Source of the DNA: an uncultured Acidobacteriota bacterium
Lineage (GTDB): Bacteria; Acidobacteriota; Thermoanaerobaculia; Multivoradales; SZUA-115
Direction: 5' to 3'
DNA length: 64,000 bases
Assembly: GCA_963805975.1 (NCBI GenBank)
Contig: CAWDVR010000002.1
Coordinates: forward strand, 544,001-608,000
The notes below the pieces were generated by a model. The model saw only the letters and a program-made list of their open reading frames with translations. It made no database searches and was not told the origin of the DNA. Made by a program: the position numbers and the translations under genes. This document shows, one piece after another, positions 56,879 to 64,000 of the stretch (position 1 is its first letter; each line of letters begins with the position of its first letter).

Positions 56879-59800
56879 ATGAGCAAGAGGCGGTTTCCAG
56901 CGATCCTCCGGCAAACCCTTTCCGTGCCTTGTCTCGCCCTCCTGGCCGCCGCGGCGACGCTGGTCCTGCTGAGCCCTGCCTGGCGCGCGCGGGCGGCGAG
57001 CACCGGCACTGCCGCGCTCTACATGCCGCAGGCGGAGGACTCGGCGACCGGCAACGGTGACTTCATCTCCTCGACCGGCGGCCTCGAGACCTTCTACTCC
57101 TATTTCGTCGAGGTGCCGTCGGGCTTGGCGCGGCTGGTGGTCGAGATCTTCGACGCCGACGTGGGCGTGGGCGGTGCCGCCGAGCAGAACGCACAGCGCG
57201 ACCGGGCCCGGGCCGGCTTCGACAGCACGATCACCTACTCGCTGCGCAACCCCCTGGGCAATCTCCAGGCCCTGGAGATCGGCGACTCGATCACCGATCA
57301 ACCCGGTGGCGCCGACGGTGCCTGGCTGTCGCTGCTGGACACCAACTTCCCCGCCTTCGCCGGCCTCGCCTCGGACACCGATCCCGGCAACGTGACCACG
57401 CTCACCGTCGCACGGCCCGCCGACACGCAGGCCAACGACCTGCTGATCTTCGTCCTCGCCAAGGACGGCAACGGAGCCATCGACACCCCCACCGGTGGGG
57501 GTACCTGGACGCTGATCAACGAAGGAGCCTGCACGGGCGGTGGTGGCCCCTGCCGACTGGGCGTATGGCGGCGCATCGCGGGCGGCTCCGAGCCGGCCAA
57601 CTACACGGTGACCTGGACGGGCGGGGACGAAGCGGTGGGCTACATCCTCCGCTACACGGGCGTCGACACGGTGACCCCGATCGACGCGAGCGGCGTCGCG
57701 ACCGGAGCCTCGATCGCGCCGACCGCGCCGACCGTCAACACCACCGTCGCCAACACCCGGGTGCTGCGCATCTACGTCGCGGACGAGGACGTCTCGGTGC
57801 CGGCCGACGACAACCCCTATCCGGCAGGGTTGCGCGGGCGCATCAACCTCGCGAGCAGTGCCACGGACGCCGACGCCGCCACCAGCGGCGCCGCCGAGAC
57901 CCTGCAGGCCACGGCGGGCGCCTCCGGCGGGACGAGCTTCGAGCTCGAGGAGAGCGAGCAGTGGCGTGCCGTCACCGTCGCCATCCGTCCCAATACCGGC
58001 AACGCCGCCAACGGGCACTGGGAGCTGCGCGTCGAGCCCGGGCCGGGGGACGATCTGCTGGCGACGGGCATCCGCGCCCACGATGGCACTTCCGGTGCCG
58101 GCGGCACCGAGCTCAACGTCTACTACGACTCGCACAACCAGTTCGGAGTGAACCCCAACACCGCCGGCAACATCGACCTCACCAAGGAGTACGACGTCTT
58201 CACCTACGTCACCTCCGGCTGCACCTTCAGCCACAACGACTTCGACTACGACAGCGACCAGGCAAACAACGTCGGCCTGGTGCGCTATACCAGCCGCAGC
58301 GGCAGCTTCAATCAGGTCATCGACAACAACTCCCTGGCCGTGGACAACGTCTGGCAGCGGGACACCATCCCCCGCTGGACCACCGACGGCCGGTCGACCG
58401 ACTACGGCATCTGGCTCACCGACGTGCAGATCCGCACCTACCAGGACGGGGCCTCCGGCAACTACACCAACGTCTACGTGGGCAATTTCAACGTCGGCGC
58501 CAACCCGCCCTCGCAGCCGATGACGAACGCCTTCCGCATCTATCTGCCCACCGACACCAGCCCCACCACGGCGCCGGTCAAGCCCTATCTGGAGCAGCTC
58601 CTCACCTACGTCTCCGGACCCAATCCGCCGCTGGTGAACCAGCAGACCATCGTCTCGGTGACCGTGCGCCTGGTGAACCCCACGGCCCAGTCGATCAACT
58701 TCTCGTCACCCAGCAATCTCGTGATCGCCAACGTGCCCGGCTTCGGCGCCCTCTACGGCGGTAGCGCCACCGTGTCCCAGGGCACCTTCACCCAGCCGGC
58801 GGTGGGCGGGACCGGCAACGTGACCTGGGACCCCGGCACGGTGACCGCAGGCAGCACGGAGCTCTTGAACTACCGCGTCCGCGTGACGCCCACCGTGGCG
58901 GGCCAGCGTGTGGTGGTGACCGGCACTCCGGCGTCGAACGGCACCCGCGCCGCCTTCGTCGACCAGACCGGCAACACCACCCAGGCGCGCGCCACCTTCG
59001 CCCTGGGGCCGATCTGCGAGCTGGCGGCCACGCAGGGCGTGATCACCCACGCCCTCCTCGAGCGCTTCGCCGGCTACGCCGAGGGCGGCCGGCGCGTGCT
59101 GCTGTGGGAGACGAGCTCCGAGATCGGCACGCTCGGCTTCGAGGTCTACCGCCAGGACCCGGCGAGCGGCACCTACCGGCAGCTCGGGCGTCTGCTGCCG
59201 GCGCTCGAGTCGGCGCCCAACGGCGGGCGCTACCGTTTCGTGGACGAGGAGGCCGGGGCCCGCGATCGGTCCACCTACCTGCTGGTGGAGATCGATCATC
59301 AGGGCGGCCGGCGGACCTTCGGGCCGTACACGGTCGACGGCGCGAGCGATGTCCGCCGCGAGGACCTGGCGGCGCTCGAGGACAGCTTCACTGCCGAGCC
59401 CCGCCCGGCCTCACCGCGCCTGGCTGCCCGGCTCGCCCAACACGCCTCCGAGAGACACGCCGCCGAGCTCGAGTCGAGCGCCACCGCAAAGGCCGCCGGC
59501 CTCGCCACGGCGGTCAAGATCGGCGTCGCCACGACCGGCTTCCACTCCGTGACCGCGGCCGAGGTCGCCTCTGCCCTGGGCGTGCCCGAGAGTGCCGTGC
59601 GCCAGTGGATCGCCGAAGGCCGGGTGCGGCTCACTCTCGACAGCCGGCAGGTCGCCTGGGTCGCCGCGCCCGCCTACGCCGGCCTCTCCTTCTACGGCCG
59701 TGCGCCCGAGAGCCTGTTCAGCCGCGAGAACGTCTATCGCCTGGAGAACAAGGACGGCCTGCAGATGGGCGCCGTGGATCTCGCGCCGCGCTCGCTCGGC

Positions 59801-61621
59801 GCGCCGCACGCGACCCCTGCGACCTTCTACGCGCGGCTGCACCTCGAGCAGGACCGCCTCGCCGCCACCGTGCTGCCGCTCGATCCGGCCTCCGACTACT
59901 GGTTCTGGGAGGGCATCCTCGCCGGCCACCCGACGCTCGGCAGCAAGAGCTTCCAGTTGACCGTGCCCGCCGCGCGTGCCACCGCCGCCGCCACCACCCT
60001 CACCGTCCATCTCCAGGGCGGCACCGACTTGGGGCTCGCCGGCGAGCACCAGGCGACGGTGCGGGTCAACGGCGTCGAGGTCGGCTCGACCGCCTGGCAG
60101 GGGATCACCGCGCACGCGGTCTCGTTCTCCTTCCCTTCGAGCCTGGTCGCCGACGGCCCGAACCTGGTCGAGATCACGGGCACGCTGCCGGCCGGGGTCG
60201 AGAGCAGCGCCTTCTACGTCGACTCCTTCGATCTCGAGTACCCGCGCGCCTACCTGGCGGCAGACGATGCTCTGCTCGCCACCGGCGACGGCCGCCCGGC
60301 GGTGATGGTCGACGGGTTCTCCAGCAGCTCCATCCTGGTGCTCGACCTCTCGCAGCCGAATCGTCCGCGGATCGGCAAGGGCGTGAGGGTCTACGGCGGC
60401 GGCGGTGCGTTCAGCGTCAATTTCCGCGCCGTCACGCCCTCCACTCCGTACTTCGCGATCGCGGCCGGCGGAGCGCTGCGGCCGGCGTCGATCTGCGGCG
60501 ACGTGCCGTCGCGCCTCAGCGCCGCGAGCAACCGGGCCGACTACGTGGTGATCGCGCCCGCGGAGCTGCTGGCGGCCGCCGCGGATCTCGCCGAGCACCG
60601 TGCCTCGCAGGGCCATCAGACCCTGGTGGTCGATCTCGCAGACGTCTACGACGAGTTCAGCCACGGCCAGCCCAACCCCGCCGCGGTGCGCGACTTCCTG
60701 GCGTATGCCTACGGCCAGTGGGCGACCCCGCCGCGCTATGTCCTGCTCGCCGGGGACGGCAGCTTCGACTACCGCGACCTCCTGGGCCTGGGCGGCAACC
60801 TGGTGCCGCCGCTCATGGTCTCCACCCCGCACGGCCTGTTCTCCTCCGACAGCCGCTACGGCGACGTGACCGGCAGCGACGGCGTGCCCGAGATCGCGGT
60901 CGGCCGCGTACCGGCCCTGACCGCGGCGGAGCTCTCCGCCTACGCCGCCAAGATCGTGGCCTACGAGGCCGGCGGCTCGCTCTCCTCGCGGGTGGCCCTG
61001 GTGGCGGACAACGCGGACCAGGCGGCGGACTTCGGCGCCCAGAGCCGCGCTCTCGCCTCGACCTTCGAGCAGATTTTCGCCGCCGACGAGCTGTTCCTGG
61101 GACCGCTCACCGTGACGGCGCTCCGCGAACGGTTGTTCGCCGACCTCGAGGCCGGCACCGGCCTGGTGAGCTTCATCGGCCACGGCGGTCCGCTGGGTCT
61201 CGCCGACGAGCAGCTCCTGGCGCCCGCCGACGTTCCCAATCTGGCGAACGGCAGCCGGCTCTTCACTCTCACCGGCCTGACCTGTGCCCTGAATCGCTTC
61301 GAGCTGCCCGGGGTCTCCGGCCTCGGCGAGGAGCTGCTGACCGTGGCCGACGGCGGCGCCGCGGCGGTGTGGGCGCCGTCGGGTCTGTCGCGGCACTCGG
61401 AGGCCCTGCTCCTGGGCGAGGCGTTCTACCGGGCCGTGGCGGCGAGCGACGGGCCGGTGCTCGGCGACGCGGTGCGTGCCGCGTTCGCCGCCTACGCCGC
61501 GCTCGGCACGCCGAGCGAGCTCTCGGCGACCTACAACCTGATGGGAGACCCGGCGGTCCGCTTGCAGCTCGAGCGCCGGAGCGCGCCGTCCGGCCCGCCT
61601 GCCGGCGGCTCCGACGAATGA
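56879..61621 (+). CDS. Large secreted multidomain protein with C-terminal peptidase C25 (gingipain-like) domain
   Basis: Signal peptide; ADYVVI, VYDEFS, YVLLAGD, SDSRYGD, VGRVP, FIGHGG (His), LTC (Cys), YNLMGDP. Confidence 0.88.
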   Translation: MSKRRFPAILRQTLSVPCLALLAAAATLVLLSPAWRARAASTGTAALYMPQAEDSATGNGDFISSTGGLETFYSYFVEVPSGLARLVVEIFDADVGVGGAAEQNAQRDRARAGFDSTITYSLRNPLGNLQALEIGDSITDQPGGADGAWLSLLDTNFPAFAGLASDTDPGNVTTLTVARPADTQANDLLIFVLAKDGNGAIDTPTGGGTWTLINEGACTGGGGPCRLGVWRRIAGGSEPANYTVTWTGGDEAVGYILRYTGVDTVTPIDASGVATGASIAPTAPTVNTTVANTRVLRIYVADEDVSVPADDNPYPAGLRGRINLASSATDADAATSGAAETLQATAGASGGTSFELEESEQWRAVTVAIRPNTGNAANGHWELRVEPGPGDDLLATGIRAHDGTSGAGGTELNVYYDSHNQFGVNPNTAGNIDLTKEYDVFTYVTSGCTFSHNDFDYDSDQANNVGLVRYTSRSGSFNQVIDNNSLAVDNVWQRDTIPRWTTDGRSTDYGIWLTDVQIRTYQDGASGNYTNVYVGNFNVGANPPSQPMTNAFRIYLPTDTSPTTAPVKPYLEQLLTYVSGPNPPLVNQQTIVSVTVRLVNPTAQSINFSSPSNLVIANVPGFGALYGGSATVSQGTFTQPAVGGTGNVTWDPGTVTAGSTELLNYRVRVTPTVAGQRVVVTGTPASNGTRAAFVDQTGNTTQARATFALGPICELAATQGVITHALLERFAGYAEGGRRVLLWETSSEIGTLGFEVYRQDPASGTYRQLGRLLPALESAPNGGRYRFVDEEAGARDRSTYLLVEIDHQGGRRTFGPYTVDGASDVRREDLAALEDSFTAEPRPASPRLAARLAQHASERHAAELESSATAKAAGLATAVKIGVATTGFHSVTAAEVASALGVPESAVRQWIAEGRVRLTLDSRQVAWVAAPAYAGLSFYGRAPESLFSRENVYRLENKDGLQMGAVDLAPRSLGAPHATPATFYARLHLEQDRLAATVLPLDPASDYWFWEGILAGHPTLGSKSFQLTVPAARATAAATTLTVHLQGGTDLGLAGEHQATVRVNGVEVGSTAWQGITAHAVSFSFPSSLVADGPNLVEITGTLPAGVESSAFYVDSFDLEYPRAYLAADDALLATGDGRPAVMVDGFSSSSILVLDLSQPNRPRIGKGVRVYGGGGAFSVNFRAVTPSTPYFAIAAGGALRPASICGDVPSRLSAASNRADYVVIAPAELLAAAADLAEHRASQGHQTLVVDLADVYDEFSHGQPNPAAVRDFLAYAYGQWATPPRYVLLAGDGSFDYRDLLGLGGNLVPPLMVSTPHGLFSSDSRYGDVTGSDGVPEIAVGRVPALTAAELSAYAAKIVAYEAGGSLSSRVALVADNADQAADFGAQSRALASTFEQIFAADELFLGPLTVTALRERLFADLEAGTGLVSFIGHGGPLGLADEQLLAPADVPNLANGSRLFTLTGLTCALNRFELPGVSGLGEELLTVADGGAAAVWAPSGLSRHSEALLLGEAFYRAVAASDGPVLGDAVRAAFAAYAALGTPSELSATYNLMGDPAVRLQLERRSAPSGPPAGGSDE

Positions 61622-61653
61622 GCATCTCACTGCCCCGAGGACCGAGGATCGCC

Positions 61654-61833
61654 ATGGACCAGCCGCGAGCGAAGGAAAGCGCCACCCCCGCGCAACGCCA
61701 AGGGGCGCCGCCGCGCAAGCCCTACCGGCGCCCGGAGATCACCTTCCACGAGCCGCTGGAGCTCTTCGCCGCGGTCTGCAACCCGGGCAAGGGGGACGTG
61801 GTGACCTGCAATCTGGGGCCGATCTCGTCGTAG
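61654..61833 (+). CDS. Putative RiPP precursor peptide (59 aa)
   Basis: GAGG RBS; KPYRRPEI leader motif; core-like VCNPGKGDVVTCNLGPISS; alternative in-frame ATG 61618 overlaps the C25 stop. Confidence 0.75.
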   Translation: MDQPRAKESATPAQRQGAPPRKPYRRPEITFHEPLELFAAVCNPGKGDVVTCNLGPISS

Positions 61834-61859
61834 GGGCCAGCCAGTTCCCCATCCGGATC

Positions 61860-61940
61860 ACGGCCGGTACGAGCCCGGCCGCTACACCCGGAAAATCCTG
61901 TAGCGCCTCTGGACGTAGCGGCCGGACCTGTGCCGGCCGT
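61860..61940. repeat. Inverted pair of GTAG-type REP elements
   Basis: rc GTAGCGGCCGGGCTCGTACCGGCCGT (61860-61885) and GTAGCGGCCGGACCTGTGCCGGCCGT (61915-61940). Confidence 0.7.
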
Positions 61941-61949
61941 CGCCGGCCG

Positions 61950-63014
61950 TCAATCCACGATCGGCAGGGGTGAGCGCACCAGCGCCAACCGCTGGCGGGC
62001 GCCGGCGTAGAGGGCGTCCGGGCGGCCCGTCTCCGCCACCGCGAGGCCGGGGCAGAACGCCATCTTGCGGCCATCCGGGCCGAGGCTCGAGACCAGGCTC
62101 CGCGCCGCCTGGGTGCCGGCGCGCACCTCGGCGAGAGCCCGGGCGCCGGCAGCTCCCAGCCAGAGGTCGCGGACCGAGCTCTGGTGGAGGTTGCCCACCG
62201 GCCGGCGCCACTGCACGCAGGGGTAGACATTGCCGAAAGGGTCGATGGCGAGCGCGGACGAGCCGGCGCCGCAGTGCTTGGTCGGCGATGCGAGGGCGGG
62301 GACCTGATCTCCCTCGCGTGCCGCCGCGAGCTGCGCCGGCCTGGTGACCGAGCGCTCCACCTGGAGGTCGAACAGGCGGCGGATCGCCTCCGGCGACGCG
62401 GTGATGGCGAGCGGCTCGCGGTCGCCGTCGTCCCTGGGGGTGACCTCGGGATCGAACTGGAGCGGCACCCCGAGGCGGTCGGCCAGGGCGAACATCCCCT
62501 CCATCTCGTCTTCGTTCCAGCGTGTCAGCGTGCTGTTGAGCTTGATCCGCAGGCCGAGCGCCAGGCACTCCTCGAGGTTGCCCGAGAGCCTCTCGAAGCT
62601 GCCCGCGACCCGCGTCTGGCGGTCGTGAGTGTCGGCACAGGCACCGTGCAGGCTCACCTCGACCAGAAAGGGATCGATCTCCTCCCGGACACGCCGCGCG
62701 ATCGCGCCGCGCAGAGCGTGGCCGTTCGACTTGATGCGCACCACGAAGCCGAGCTCGCGGGCACGGGCGCCGATGGCGAAGAAGTGCGGGTGCGCGAGCG
62801 GCTCGCCGCCGGTCAGGATCAGGTGCAGGGTCTCGAGGCCGGCGAGGTCGGCCAGGAGCTGCTCGTACTGGGCGAGCGAGAGCGGGCTTCCGGCGAGCTT
62901 CAGGTCGTTGTAGCAGAAGTAGCAGTCGAGGTTGCAGCGGTAGGTGAGCTCCACCAGCACGGAGAAGAGGAGATTCTCGCTCCAGGTGCGGCCCACCAGC
63001 TCACCGTAGCTCAC
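61950..63014 (-). CDS. Radical SAM enzyme with SPASM/Twitch-like C-terminus
   Basis: ELTYRCNLDCYFC, TGGEP, SNG, CGAG..IDPFGNVYPC..VGNL. Confidence 0.92.
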   Translation of the reverse strand: MSYGELVGRTWSENLLFSVLVELTYRCNLDCYFCYNDLKLAGSPLSLAQYEQLLADLAGLETLHLILTGGEPLAHPHFFAIGARARELGFVVRIKSNGHALRGAIARRVREEIDPFLVEVSLHGACADTHDRQTRVAGSFERLSGNLEECLALGLRIKLNSTLTRWNEDEMEGMFALADRLGVPLQFDPEVTPRDDGDREPLAITASPEAIRRLFDLQVERSVTRPAQLAAAREGDQVPALASPTKHCGAGSSALAIDPFGNVYPCVQWRRPVGNLHQSSVRDLWLGAAGARALAEVRAGTQAARSLVSSLGPDGRKMAFCPGLAVAETGRPDALYAGARQRLALVRSPLPIVD

Positions 63015-63307
63015 GGCACGCGCTCTGCGGCAGCCACCGGCACCACCACCCCTACCTCCACCAGCCGCGCGAGGAAGGCGGTGACGTCGCTCTCGAGCTC
63101 GCTCTCCGAGGCCTCGAACTCCGAGGAGAGATGCGACACGAGGCCGCCCACGTTGGTCTCGCCGTCGAGCAGCGCCAGCACGCGGCCTCCCACCTCGTTC
63201 AAGCCCAACACCTCGGCACGGGTCTGGGAGACGACCACCGCGCCGTCACCCACGACGCGAAAACGCACATCTTTCGCTCGAACGAAAACGCTATTGATCG
63301 TGATCAC
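63011..63307 (-). CDS. PqqD-family RiPP recognition element
   Basis: RVVGDGAVVV..LNEVGGRVLALLDG..LSSEF..DVTAFLARL..GVV; GTGA overlaps with both neighbours. Confidence 0.88.
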   Translation of the reverse strand: MITINSVFVRAKDVRFRVVGDGAVVVSQTRAEVLGLNEVGGRVLALLDGETNVGGLVSHLSSEFEASESELESDVTAFLARLVEVGVVVPVAAAERVP

Positions 63308-64000
63308 AGAGAGAGAATACTCCAGAAAGCCGGATCTTTTCGAAAGCCGAGAGCCGCGGCCGGTGTGTGGCGCACAATCGCCTCCAGGTTCGCCGCCAGG
63401 CGGTCCCCGCGAAAGGGATCGCCGTTGACGAACGGCGAGCAGGCGAGGAGTGCGGCCACGGCCGCCGACGGCCCGAGCGGTGCCAGCCGATGCTCGGGCC
63501 CTTGCTCCAGGCGCAGCAGGCGAGCCAGGGGAAAAGCACCGGGCCGGGCCGCGGCGCGACCGAAGTCGCCGGCGAAGGGAAGCTGGTAGACGGCGGCGCC
63601 CTCGTCCTCCGGCAGCACGGCATTCATGTCGTCGGAGAGCACCGCCCGCCCGCTCTCCACGGAGAGCCGCGCCACGGTCGTCTTGCCGGCGTCGGAGGCG
63701 CCGAAGAACACGCTGGCGCGACCGCCGTCCAGGGCCGCGCTGCTGTGGAGCAGCACGCCGCCCAGCTCCAGCAAGCGGTAGGCGGCGAGCACACGGAAGT
63801 AGTTCTCGAAGGCGCCGAGGAAGGCTTCGCCCTCTTCGAGGCAAGTCCAGAGAGCGCCGCAGAGCGCCGGCCGCCATTCGAGAGCGCCCACCAGCGAGAG
63901 GCCGGCGAAGCGCACCAGAGCCGCTTCGTACTCGAGGTCGAGCGCGTAGTGCCAGCCCTGGACGTCCACGGCGCGGAAGTCCTCCGCCGGCAGGAGGAAG
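63304..64000 (-). CDS. HPr-kinase-related P-loop protein (5' end outside window)
   Basis: GGVLLHSS, FFGASDAGKTT, VLSDD, PF.G motifs. Confidence 0.8.
   Translation of the reverse strand, partial: FLLPAEDFRAVDVQGWHYALDLEYEAALVRFAGLSLVGALEWRPALCGALWTCLEEGEAFLGAFENYFRVLAAYRLLELGGVLLHSSAALDGGRASVFFGASDAGKTTVARLSVESGRAVLSDDMNAVLPEDEGAAVYQLPFAGDFGRAAARPGAFPLARLLRLEQGPEHRLAPLGPSAAVAALLACSPFVNGDPFRGDRLAANLEAIVRHTPAAALGFRKDPAFWSILSL

Noticed and set aside
61654-61833. Classical lasso peptide
   Set aside because: No lasso cyclase or B2 transglutaminase-like protease in the window and no Thr at -2 of a plausible core; cannot be fully excluded because the cluster is truncated

Overview
High-GC bacterial chromosomal segment, probably Acidobacteriota (Thermoanaerobaculia-like; inferred from an ADOP-type orphan permease and a lineage-typical C-terminal domain). 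Housekeeping genes include sdhCAB, pcnB, uvrA, smpB, selB, prfC, clpS-clpA, a sulfate ABC operon and an exonuclease/ATP-dependent ligase pair. There are two type II TA pairs and several REP-like palindromes. No rRNA, tRNA, CRISPR array or intact mobile element was seen. Five regions stand out. (1) At the right end, a probable new RiPP locus: a gingipain-like C25 peptidase gene followed by an unlisted 59-aa Cys-containing precursor with a YxxP leader, facing HprK-like kinase, PqqD/RRE and radical SAM genes. (2) A sigma54-driven secreted peptide ending in GCMLDPDGKCF beside a Zn-finger/TPR protein, resembling RRNPP peptide signalling. (3) A sigma54 activator plus partner-switching module with a hidden 53-aa membrane ORF and visible enhancer sites. 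(4) A stand-alone ~300-nt unit with a 14-nt Shine-Dalgarno and tiny ORFs. (5) A possible exported isoaspartate repair/cleavage cluster. All family calls come from motif recognition by eye, with no database search.
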